Shown: positions 41,089-53,055 of the stretch, in pieces
Position numbering within the stretch: the first letter of the stretch is position 1
How the letters are laid out: every line of letters starts with the position of its first letter
Origin: the human T2T-CHM13v2.0 reference genome, Homo sapiens
Reading direction: 5' to 3' (one strand)
Assembly: GCF_009914755.1 (NCBI RefSeq)
Contig: NC_060931.1
DNA: 64,000 nt
The notes under the pieces: generated by a model
Databases searched by the model: none
Told to the model about the DNA's origin: nothing
The model's input: only the letters and a program-made list of their open reading frames with translations
Made by a program: the position numbers and the translations under genes

Positions 41089-42069
41089 CCCTACTTAGTT
41101 GTGATGTCTCCTTTATCATATATTAAATTCCCATATGGATTGGGCTAATTTCTATAATTAATGTGCATTGCTTCTAACAAGTTTTTACAAGGTAATTTAA
41201 AAAATTGTGCCTCTGTTTATGATTTGTGTTGAGGGACTTTTTCACATTCATGAACTATCCTATGTGCTTCTACTAGCCTGGTGGATCAAATGAAATTATG
41301 GATATGAAAGTGCTTTGTAAATTCTAAAGAAATGCTGTAATGGAAGGTTTTATGATTATTATTACTGTGTGATTATATATCCAAAAATTTCTGTATTTTA
41401 GTTCCAGTTTGATTTGATGAAATTGGTTCTTGGATCCAAGTTGGAATGCAAGTTGGGAGCCAGTTGTGGAATTTTCCATCATAACATTTCCTGTGGATAC
41501 AAAGTGAACTGAAACCCAACCCAGGAAACAAGCATAAAATGTGCCAACGAGTTTAGATTCACTAAATTTTATCTGCCACTCCTGAGGAAGGTCTATTTAT
41601 CTGTCATGTTGTTATTTGGACAATCAAAGTTATTGCAGGTGTGTATAAATATGTGTCTCTGTGTTTGGTTGTGAACAGGAATGTGTGGCCCTCACATGAT
41701 GGAGCACCAGCAGGAGTTGCTAGAGGTATATTGTGTGATATGAGAGGTGCTGGACTGCCCTGATCTCTCCTCTAACGTTCTGCCTGTAGAGTCCTTCCTA
41801 GAGTCCCTTGTTGGGTTCTTACAGAAATTTTTCTAATTGCAGAGATCTCTTTAGATGTAAATAATTCTGAGACAGGTAATACTTCATTCCTACTGATGAC
41901 TGTAGTCCAGTTGAGAGCATGGGAAAGGATAAAAGAAACGATGGGAACTTAGAGATGGGCAAGGAAACAGGAAAGGAGGAAACAGAGGTTAAGATGTGAA
42001 GACAAACTGTGTCTATAATAGACATTCAACACAAATATTAATGCATTTGAATTTTTACAATAGAAATTT

Positions 42070-42215
42070 CCATTTGACAGTCCATATGTTGGACCCAACA
42101 CACAGGCATGTTTTGTTTGACCAGAAATATGTTTAAATATTTACAGATTTCCTTAAGAATTGCTGGATTTTCTTGAAAGAACAAGAAAGAAGCTTGAAAC
42201 AGTGGGCCTGCATGA
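42070..42215. mobile_element. MER102-like fragment
   Basis: caggcatgttttgtttgacc...ttcttgaaa...aacagtgggcctgcat. Confidence 0.45.
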
Positions 42216-43442
42216 TAACAATGAGGAGAGCTATGTAATGCCTGCAACCTTTAGATGTGGTACAGACCCTTCAGTTCACTAGAGTCTCACCAGTCCTTTG
42301 TTCCTCATCATCACGGAGGTTACATATTAGCTACCACTTAGCCTCTTGCTTTCACTGTTGTCATTCATCCTAATAAAAATGGGACAGGAAAGACAGATTG
42401 GAGGGACCACATAATTTAAGGAATTGAACAGCAGGCTGTAGGGTGGGCCACTTACCTTGTGGGCACTTGAATGTGCTCTCCCTAAGTTAGATAGCGCTGA
42501 AGTCTGAAGCATCATTAGAGCCCTCTGTCAGTAATGTGCCTATGTGTCCCTACTTTGTCATCATATGCTCTTAAATACTGCGGCAGCCACTTTAGTGTCT
42601 AATAGCCTGGGTAGCCTTCCCCTAGAATGCTTATCGGGCTGCACCTTGCTGCTATCAGGAAAACATGTGCTCGAGGTTGTGTTTAAATTGCAGTGACAGT
42701 TGCACTGGGTGATCCACATTCTCCATCACATTCTCCCTTGGTCTATTGCAGCTGACCTATCAAAAGATGCTGGCTTCAGATTACAGATAGAGGTTTTCTG
42801 TGTGCTGTTCTTGGCAGCAGATAGCAACAGGCGCTTCATCCATTTCAGATGCCATTATTGAAGCCTTTATGTCCACCACTTTACAGGTTTCCCATGCCAG
42901 TTCTAGCTTTTTGTTAAGGCTGCTTTGGGTGACATGAGTCAGGGAACTGCTTTTGTTAAGAACTTCTTCAGCAGAGCATGTCCAGGAAGGCATTTGCAGC
43001 ACACCCCCCAGGATACTCAGAGGAGAGGTTGCCCTCTCTCCTGTCCTGCTCAGCTGCCAGGGAGGGACATAACTGTGTTCACCTTATAGAGTGAGTAATT
43101 ACTCCCTGAGGGAGAGTAAAAGGGTCTTAGTCTCCTTATGTATACTCACTTCTTCAAGCTTTTTTCCCTGTCTGCCCAGAAGTTGACCCACCACTCCAGG
43201 GGTCTGGCAGGTCAAGATCTCTGTGTATGCTCAGTTTCTAAACTAAAGCACATTGTGCTATTTATGTGGCTTCTATATCCTGAGTAGAAGGTAGACATTG
43301 GAACAATAACAAAAAAAAAATCTTCAGTGAGCACAGGTCAAATATTCCTAACAGTTATTTGAACCACACATGACAGAGATGTCAGAGGCAGTTTTGCTGT
43401 GGACACAGATGTGTTTTGTTTTTTGTCCTTTATCCTACGCAT

Positions 43443-43758
43443 GGGCTGGATGTCATGGCTCATATCTGTAATACTCAGCACTTTGGGAGGCTGAGCTGGG
43501 AGGATCCCTTGAGCCCAGGAGTTTGGGACCAGCCTGGACAATATAGTGAGACCCTTGTCTCTACAAAAATAATAATAATAAAAAAATTGGCTGAGCATGG
43601 CGGTGCATGCTTGTGGTTCTAGCTACTCAGGAGCTGAGATGGGAGGATTGCTTGAGCCTGGGAGTTTGAAGCTGCAGTGAGCTATGAATGGGCCACCGCA
43701 CTCCAGCCTGAGCAACAGAGCAAGACCCTGTCTTAAAAAATAAATAAATAAAATAAAT
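43443..43758 (+). mobile_element. AluJ
   Basis: gaggatcccttgagcccaggagtttg...gaagctgcagtgagctatg. TSD atcctacgcat / atcctaagcat. Confidence 0.93.
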
Positions 43759-43799
43759 CCTAAGCATCATCTAAGATTCAGCTACATGTAATAGTCAGA

Positions 43800-44175
43800 T
43801 GTCATTAATACTCAATGCTCTATCTTTTGCTCCTGTATCTTTAGCACATGGCTTTCATTCATGTGTTTGTTGCTTTATGGTCACAAGAAGGCTGCTACAT
43901 CTTCAGCCTTAACTCTGCATTCTGGGCAGGAAGAAAAAGTAAAAAGAAGAAGAAAGGGGGAGCATTTGTATTGGTAAAGCAAAAACTCTCCCAGAAATCC
44001 TCAACAGATTTTGCTTACATGTCATTGGCCATAACTATGTCACGTAGCCCTCCCTAGGAGTTAGAGAATCTGATAAATAGAATATTTTAACTAAGCACAC
44101 TTCTGCCCTCCTTTCCCCTACCACCCACCTGTTCTGTGAGGAAGAAAGGAACAAGGGGAAATTGATAATAGGTAG
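43800..44175 (-). mobile_element. MLT1J-like LTR
   Basis: tatggtcacaagaaggctgctac...gcttacatgtcattggccataactatgtcacg. Confidence 0.65.
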
Positions 44176-45589
44176 TTTCATTATCTAACAGTGACAGTCA
44201 ATTCTTATGAGTTTCAGTAAAGCATATAAACATATTTTGGAAATTACTTATTTTTTCATTTTCCTCTTCTCATAATTTCCTACTACCCAATGACTTACTG
44301 GAAAGAAAGGAGTGAGTGATTTGTGGATGTTATTTGAAGGAAATTATTTCCGGTGCCCATGACAGTGGAGTAGGTCTAACAGCTAACTCTGAAACACAGG
44401 GATCTGACTGTCCTTGGAGCCCAATGGCAGCGTTTCTGCAAAAGGAAGTAGAGTGAGGCTGTGCAAACGTGGTTGTCTATCAGGCACGTTTCACTGCCTT
44501 AGAACAATTGTTTTTTTCTCTGTGCTAATTGTCCATTTTTGATTCCCCCAGACATTTCCCTTATGTTATCTGCAGATCAGTCAAAGGCTGAATTGTATTT
44601 TTTCCCTATTATTGATATTGGACTTTGGGACTATAGCCTGCTGCAATGTGCAAACACAAGTAAAGCAAATACATGAAAACATGAATAAATCCATTTAAAG
44701 TAAATTATGCTTATAATTACTTTCTTGCATATTCAGAATAGAATTTTTCATCTCAGGCAGCATGGAAACTTGTGACCATTTGTGATTATTGCCCATACCA
44801 TTAATAGCAACAATAATAGCATTCGTTGAAGTCCTTCAATATGTCATAGTTCTGTAACAAACATGGCTGGAACCCTGGTGATGGGTGTCTACTCTAAAAT
44901 AAATGGGCAGAAGAGACTTCAAAATTTCAAGGGGGAATAATAATTTATTTGTAAAAATCCCAAGTGCTGACTGAAATGTGTGCAACTAGGGCTCTTCCTT
45001 AGTTTTCCTGTGGGCCCTTGGATAGTTTCCTAAGGACCAGGTGTGTTCAATTAAGTCAAATAGCTAGTCAAACCCTTTGCAGGTCAGTCCCTAACTGAAA
45101 TTAAGCCATCAATATGGCCAAGATGACTAGATATTTTGCCAAAGCCAGATGGTGAATGGAGAAATAAGATCTATGGGAAAGTGATGAGTAAGAAAGCAGA
45201 GGAAGAAAAATCAGAGATGTGAATTATCCAGCTTTCATTCAGCCCTGTGGATGGAAACCTTTCCATTTGTTGGTGACGTTTGGAAACTAGTTCGTTATGC
45301 TTGTGGGGCCACAGTGGAAAACTGGGAGCTCCCCTATAGCAGGGATTCTTACTCGTCTATGAATTCTGATGCGTAGCACAAGTAGCAAGTGCACATTGAA
45401 AGTTTGAATGAACGAATGAAAGAAAAGATAACTAAACTTTTGAATTATATTTGACTTTACTAATGACTATGTAAACACAACCAAAATTTGTACAGGATTG
45501 AAGAATAAATAAATGTGTTGGATTAGATGTTTTTTCAGTAAGGAATAGAGGGGACAATTGCAAGAGATGAAGGAGGAGCAGTATAAAAG

Positions 45590-45730
45590 TCATCCTGCAT
45601 GACTTTGGGCAAGTAACTTAACGTTCTTGAGCCTCAGGTAGTACATACCTCATGGAAATACTGTGGAGATTAAATAAAATAACACATTTAAAGCATTTAG
45701 CACAATACCCAACACCTTGCTGTAACTTGT
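45590..45730 (+). mobile_element. MIR
   Basis: tgactttgggcaagtaacttaac...gagattaaataaaataacacatttaaagcatttagcaca. Confidence 0.75.
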
Positions 45731-46379
45731 CACTTAACCTCAGACACTACTAGTTTAACTGTTTTTTATTCCTCTGGGGATTCTTGAAGAAATTCTGGAC
45801 CAAGACCAAAGTGAGGAGTGTGATGATGGGAAGGCTTGTGGTTTGTAAGGCTTGCTGTTTTTCAAATATGGCTTCAAGAAGTGATTATAGACCTTCCTCA
45901 AAAGAGCAGTGCAGAAAAGAGAACTTATGCCCTCAAGCCAGGCAGACCCAGGCAACTCCAACTACAACTCTTGTGGGATAGAGATCCTTAATTGGGAAAT
46001 TACAATGACACCAGGGAGTTTCAACAGAATTATCCAGGGCAATAAATCCTTAATAAAGAGGAAGCCCAGGGGAGAGGAGAAGGGACATATGAGGAAATTA
46101 TCCCAGAGGGTGAGATTTAGATTCATGCTGGGGAGAAATGGGGAGCTTTGGCTGGTAAGAGAGGGAAGTGTGTTCAGGGAAGACCTTGACTTCCTCAATG
46201 AGAAGGAGAAATATCCTGTTCCATGACTGTGGGGAAGATATGAAAAAGAAAATAAATGTAGTTCAAACAACATGACATCTATAAGTGATGAAGTGCATTG
46301 CTTAAGGAGTTTAGCAAGAAAGACCATCCTTTCAGAGAGACTGGAATCATCATAGAGTCTTTCTGAGTCCTCATTGAAT

Positions 46380-47040
46380 CAGCCCACAACCCTATGGCTG
46401 CCAGTTCCACGTCTGTAATATCTCAGTTCCCTGGCTACTTGGTTCTGGACTCCATCAACTCTGGAATGCATGCTTTTGATTCCATTTATATCATGATTCT
46501 AGTTTGTCTGCTCCAATTCACCTTCCACACAGTTGCCAGGGTATTTTTCAAAAACAAGAGCCTGAAGGTCTTATTTTCCTGTTAAAATGCTGGTCGGTGG
46601 CTTTTTAATGCTTTCCCCAAAGAGTTTACACTGACCACTACTAACAAGTCACATCCCAGCAACACCCATATGTGTGCACCTTCCTTCTCTTCTTTCTACC
46701 TTCCCTAAACATACACATAAACTTTTTTATCCTCTGCTCTCCCTCTACCCAGTGAATTCTACTCATCTTTCAGTCATTCCTCCAGATGTTTTTCTAATCC
46801 ACTTACCCCCTCCTCATCTATAGCTGAGTTAGATGCCCCTCCTATGCTTACTTAAGCCTCTGTGCCTTTCTCATGTCACCAACCTACGCAGTTGTCTTTT
46901 TATCTATTCATATGTCCTTATTACTTATATGAGTGTGTGTGTGCCTAGAAGGTCTTGTTACTCCCATATAGATAGTTTTTGTTACTTGGTAAATGGTGGA
47001 AACATTTTTCTAGAATAAAAGGGCAAATAAATGGATGGCT
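46380..47040 (+). mobile_element. L2 fragments
   Basis: ccaattcaccttccacacagttgccagggtatttttcaaaa; gaattctactcatctttcag. Confidence 0.55.
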
Positions 47041-48244
47041 CATGACTAACCAGAACAAATACTGAGCAATCAGCCTTCTGCTTAAGATCATTTTCTATGA
47101 AACTGAGCTTCTTGGGTCTGACCTTCATAGCTTCACTTGGGCTCCCCGGAAATCTCTCTTTCTAATTATTTACAGTATTAAGTCTTTTCAGTCATTCTGG
47201 ATTTGATTTCCTTAATTTATCATTACTTCCAACCTTAGGTTATTTATTGGGTAGCCAAAAGGGCAAAGGGAAATTTTTATGCAGGTCATGCCTTCACCTG
47301 AATAAGAATTCTTGATGGCAATGAAGTCAGCTTCCTTCTAAAAAGATTAAGAGCCTTTTGTCTGGAGAGTTATTTAATAAAAAGTGAACATTCATACGTT
47401 GTCTTGCTGGCTTTTAAAGGTAATTAAAGGTGCAAGTGAGCTAACAGTGAAGGTTCTTCATTGACTGGAATGGTTGCTGTTCAGAAACATTCTAGAAGCT
47501 GACTAGTTAGAGAAGAAACTGTCCCAAAATCTCCCCAGCAAGTATCTCTGACATAACTAAGCAGCAAGCTCATAAATCAAACTTATCTCACATAGTCACC
47601 ATGCTCATCAAAGTTCTGAAGGTTAGACATGTCAGTTCTTAATTTGGTTTTATTATTTTAACTTAGATTACATGTAGACTTTGGTTTGAGGATTAGGAAT
47701 ATGACTAAATCAGTATAACATTTTCAATAATGTGATAAAAATAAAAATATTTAGTATATAAAAATGCTTAGAGAAGATGTTTATTTTTAATTACTGTTAC
47801 TGATTAAGAAACTATTGAATTTCAAAATTATTGATCTTAAGAGAGTGATAAAAGACATTGTTTTCTTGCTATTATCAGAATAATCTGTTATACTGCTGTC
47901 CCTATTCACCACTCAAGTGTTAAACCATAATTTCCAAACAGTTTCTGAATTGTAGTATACATTTTTGGAAACACAGTGTTGGTTTGCTCCCTTTCGTTTT
48001 CCCTCCTGACCACTCCCTGCTAATGTCTCCCCTTCTTTTAATCTCTGTCTAGAACTACACTAACATGGAGAAATGAACAAATGTTCTAGAACAGTTAAAC
48101 AAATTTTTTTACTGTTAATTGTGCAAATGTATTTTTACTTGATGTTTCTTGCAATTGTCCCTCAATTGTGTACTTCTCACTGTGCATATTAGCAGAAACT
48201 GAGAATTTTCAATATTTGAAAAAGTGGCACATTTGGCTGCCACT

Positions 48245-48490
48245 TTCCGGGAATGTAAAAATCTACCATGCCTTTCAAGTATTCTGTATTGGGTATTATT
48301 CATTTACTTTTTAATTATTAGCATTTGTATCTTTTTTCTATCTTTAAATATTACTTAAATGTTCAAAGGAAATATTCCCTCACTGCCAATCTGAAGAGCT
48401 TCTTTTTGAAGACGGAAGTAGCATGGGGAGTCTTAGATATGCTGAATTGAACCAATCTAAACAGTTGGCGGTTGGTTGCTGTCGGAAGTA
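48245..48490. promoter_or_regulatory. Candidate promoter/enhancer (STAT, 2x CCAAT, 2x ETS, 2x MYB, RFX half-site)
   Basis: TTCCGGGAA 48245; CCAAT 48386 and 48452; CGGAAGT 48413 and 48483; CAGTTGG 48462; TGGCGGTTGG 48466; GTTGCT 48475. Confidence 0.4.
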
Positions 48491-51137
48491 ATTTTGAATC
48501 ATACTATATTTGCTTTTCAAAAACAAGTGAAACAAGTGTCAGTAGCTCTTCTCTAAACAACGCTCATTTGGGTCTCCCAATATATCACTATCTCAAGATT
48601 TTTCATTTATCTTTAAATATTTCCTAATAGTAAATTTTGAGACCTCTGTGATGCAACATAACTGGGGACTGAGAGATACTTCACAATGTGAGAAGCACAT
48701 GGACTAGATGACAAATGCTTTGGAGAAAAATTCTCATGAATCCAGATCATGCCAATTTCCAGTGGACCTGTGTCTTCAAAACCCAAATCATTCTACTTGC
48801 TAGTAATCAACTAGAAAGACCTTGTGGTTTTCTTGTTGAGTTTGGTAAGTTACCATAGTTCCCAAGCATTTTTTTATTCTTTTTAAATTACATATTAAAA
48901 TAAAAGAGATGTACACTTTTATAGACACATAAATAACTTAGAGCAGCACAGGATGGCATGAAACACCTAAATCTTCACATGCCTTTTTTTTTTTTTGCAA
49001 TTTTTCTTTAGGCTCAGAACTTAGCTTTCCATAATTGTGTTGGGACTCAACTTTATTTTAACTTCTCAAATAAAATGTATATGGTTGAAGAATAATGTGA
49101 AGCACTAGAAGGTTTTATTATAAATAGAAGTACAAGTGGATCTTTCCAAGTTAATTTTGCTTTACATTAAGTTCAGAGTCTCAGGAAATTGATCATGAAG
49201 GCCTATTGCAATTAAAGATTGGTTTGTTTTACAGTAACCAAAAGTCACAAGTTTCTACTAACTAACTAGCAAGCCATATTAAAAGAGTAGATCACCCCAG
49301 TGGTTCTTCTGGGAGACAATTCAACCACCAAGAAGCCAGTATTTTGATTTACACCTAAGTGATTTGGGATTAAATACAGGTTTTTACTATTGTGAAGAAT
49401 GTCAAGTCTATAGTTCTAAATTAAAATGTGTTTATTTTAAAAATACAATGTATGTCAGTAAAAATGGGCCCAGCAGATTTGATAAGTACTGGGTAATTCC
49501 TTTCCTGGTGATATGTGACAATCATTAACAGGTCTTCTGAAATCTTTATGTGTTGATGAATTAGCCAATTTGCACTGGTAAGCCATGTCTGATCCAGTTA
49601 TTTCAGCCACCTTAATAATCAATGCAGATCACTGCATGATCGATTCAGCAGCAGGGATGGGAATTAATCATAACGACAGTTTTCTAGACTATGGTCCAAT
49701 GTAGTACCCACTAATAGAGGTGGGCTTATGCCAAGGATTATTTTCACAGGACTGTTTCTGAAGTTTCCCTCTTTGGTCTTCCTTTTGTTCGTTTAGCTAG
49801 AATGTCAGTTCAAGTTTTAAAACATCATAAACAACACTGTGTTTATGATATCATCCTTAGATGACACAACTGATTTGACCATTAGGATAGGAAATGCATT
49901 TTTTTAAAAAAAGACAGCCCAGACTAGATTAGATTTCTAATCTGAAAATTATAGCTTAGAAATTAAATCTTTTAAATGACTTGACAGATTTTTTTTCCAC
50001 TTCTGGTTCTATTGAACAAATTGAGATGATAAACACCTGCTGGGTATGTATACACCCTTGTACACACTGTTTGATCATTTCTAAGTTCCACATATTTTTG
50101 ATAAAGCATATACTTAAAATATGGGATTGATTATTTTCTGAAGATTTATTTCCCTTCAACTTTGTAGACTTTCTGATGTTAGTTTTGCTGGTGTATTTTT
50201 TTTACAGCTCTTCCTGCAATGCCTGCTCAATACTACTCCCAGTGAAATTTAAAATATATATATATTTTCATCTATGAGAAGTTATCAAATGTCTTCCCCC
50301 ACATGCTGATAGTTCTTGCCTGAATCCTTGTATGGCAATGTACACTCTGTCATGTGACCTTTGTGCCCACTGACACGATAATCATTAAAAACAATTGGAT
50401 TGTACTCCCTGCGAAGTTTGAGGCTGGGGACAGAAGCTTGTCAAGTATAAAAACATCTGTGAATACGATAACATCTATAGCTTAAAAATACTCATTCCTC
50501 AACGAACTTGAAGTAAATGACTAAAGTAAGTGAAACTGAGTCTATTTGACAAGTCTTCTGATATGATTAAAATATTGTGTGAAGAAAGGACTTGATGGAA
50601 AAATGTGATGTCAAAGCCTGTTTTTCAAAGTTTAAGTTTCATTCAACGCCAAATGAGCATGTGAAAATCCCCTGGAGAATACCCACTCTGAGGTCCATTC
50701 TAACCTGAAACTGTTTTTTAATTGGTACTTCTACCAAATCTAAGTTTAACAATAGGGCATGCATTGACTTTTCAGTATGATGCCCAGTCCATTTTATTCT
50801 GTGGTATAAATAGTTTACCATACTCTAGGAAATATATTTTGAATTTAACAAAGCTTTATGGAGTGTCCAGTTCATTCTGGCTACAACAGGACAAAATCCA
50901 ACTGGGGATATTGCTCCTGGCAGGTTCTCTGCTGTCTTGCCTGATCTTGCTTTGTGAACCTTCCCCTATAGGTCCTTATATTAATGGGCCTCACTTTCCT
51001 TTAGAGATAGGAGTTTACACTAACAGTTAATTAATATAACAGTGTTAAGTGTTTCTATGTGCAAAGCATTAAGCTAGGTGTTGTCATTTTTCCTCTCCTT
51101 ACTCTTTCACAAAAATAGTAAGAGCAATTTGGAGGAT

Positions 51138-51494
51138 GTTATCAGTTCAGCCTGCTATAACTATACCTTAGACTGGGTAATTTATAAACAACAGTTATTT
51201 GTTGCTGAACTTTCTACAGGCTTGGAAGTCCAAGATCAATGTACCAGCAGATTCAGCGTCTAGTGAGGGCTTGCTCTCTGCTTCAGTGATATCACCTTCT
51301 TGCTTTGTCCTCACATGGCAGAAGGAGCAAGGTTGCTCCCTTGAACCACTTTTATAAGGACACTAATCCCATTCATGAAAGTGGAGCCCTCATGACTTAC
51401 TCGCTTTCCCTAAATTCCTGCCTCTTAATACTTTCATATTGGATATTAGGTTCCAACATATGCATTTTGGGGGACACCAACATTCAGACCATAG
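51138..51494 (-). mobile_element. MLT1A/MSTD-like solo LTR
   Basis: gactgggtaatttataaacaacag...ggaagtccaagatcaa...cactaatcccattcatga...aacattcagaccatag. Confidence 0.85.
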
Positions 51495-52219
51495 AAAAGG
51501 GCAAGAACACACTTAGGGGTCCCAAGCCCTGGTCTGTAGAGATTGAGCAATTTAGGTCAAAAATCTAAAGATACTTGAGCTCGAGAGCTGTGTCCTCAGG
51601 TGGTACATTTACCAGCCTCTCAATTATCTTTGCAAATAATTTTCCTGTTACTTGTTTGGCTTGTGGTCCAACTAATCATGAACTTAGTGAGTAGCAAACT
51701 CAAGAAGTAAGAAAAATATTCAATACATGTGGAATACTTAGCATGTGGCCAGAGGAAAATAATTTTTTCAAACATATTTCATTTTTTAGAAGCCCACCTG
51801 CCCAATCAACAGTCATTTCTCTAATATGAGCATTTAGATTGATCAAGTGAACTAAGGCCATTGTTAGACATACCAGTTGGTCTGATAATTTTTTTCACTG
51901 ATTTGATGATGTAAGTTCTTTTAAAATGAAAGGTTTTTCACCAACTGAACAAAAGAGCAGCCATTTCTACCATTTACTCTCTGCTAAGCTTATTCTCCTC
52001 AGCATTCCAGGACCAGAACCACATGACCTTCCCACTTTGAGGATGCACCCATGGTTTCTACCTCCTGGGACCTCGCCATCGCCTTTTCTGTTAAATTAAT
52101 ATCTTTTATGGCTCAAGTTTCGCTATATATAAAACTTTATTTCCTTTACTTCTGGGGGATCTTTCAGGACATGGGTTAAAGGTAAGTCTCTCACAAGAGG
52201 ACTTACATTGCTTCGGCTA

Positions 52220-52760
52220 AGTGTCCTAGAATGCTATCAACTTGGGGATGATTTATGTTACTTCTTGGTTTGGGATTTACCAAGCTTGGCAGGAAGAATA
52301 AATTTGATCCTTAAATCTGAGTAAAGTTACAAATTCTCAGTGATGACTTTATCGGAAACCCAGGCCTAGATGAAAATATTTTTCATCTCCATTTGCCAAT
52401 GGGAGGATTTTTTTTCTTAGTCCACAATTTCATTGACTGAATAGTCATCTGTAGGTCCCAATTCTATGTGAGGATCTCATGCCAGCTGTCTGGTCTACTT
52501 TCTGTGAAGACTGGCATTTTCCCATCCCTAGGAGGCTATTGGTGATCAGAACTGGCATGTGTCTTAAGGGCACCCATTGAGTCAGCTTCATTGTCTACTT
52601 TGGTTTGAAATCCTCTGTCATCACTGGATCCTGAGAATTTTCTTTAAGTTATTGCAAGCTCAGCTCTGCATTTAAAAGAATATTATTATATTGTATGCAG
52701 TATTTCTAGATGTTCTCTATCAGGAAGATTTGCAGGATATGTAGCCAGAAATAGAGGTTC
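52220..52760 (-). mobile_element. HAL1/L1ME 5'-end-like relic
   Basis: ttatattgtatgcagtatttctagatgtt...caggatatgtagccagaaatagag resembles recalled HAL1/L1M 5' termini. Confidence 0.4.
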
Positions 52761-52899
52761 GCAGGTGCTTAGAATATCTGCTGACTAAAGCTACTTGAGT
52801 TGATCTCCCCAGCCTAATAAACTGAAAAATGTAGAATTTGTGTGAAACAATTGTGTGTGCAATCATTTGGACTATTGTTAATTCTCACAAGGTAGTTTG

Positions 52900-53055
52900 A
52901 TATTAGTTTTGTGTGTTTCAGTGAACTCTTTCCACTTAAATTATAATTTCTTCCAGTTCGTGGACTGCATCTGTTTTTTCTTCTGTATGTCCTGTTGTCC
53001 CTAGCACAGTGACAATACATAATACTTGTTTGATAAACCCTTATTGTTTGATTTA
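52900..53055 (+). mobile_element. L2 3' end
   Basis: gtccctagcacagtgacaatacataatac... Confidence 0.45.

Larger units (their letters stand above)
37820..41155 (-). mobile_element. Old L1ME scaffold broken by multiple later insertions
   Basis: Collinear antisense L1 pieces at about 37820-38030, 38680-38830, 39145-39255, 39715-40160, 40375-40530 and 41095-41155. Confidence 0.65.

Noticed and set aside
44852-45090. Possible ancient LTR starting tgtaacaaac
   Set aside because: Could not assign a family, end or TSD.
49824-49849. 10-bp inverted repeat atcataaaca / tgtttatgat
   Set aside because: Short and AT-rich; expected by chance in 64 kb.
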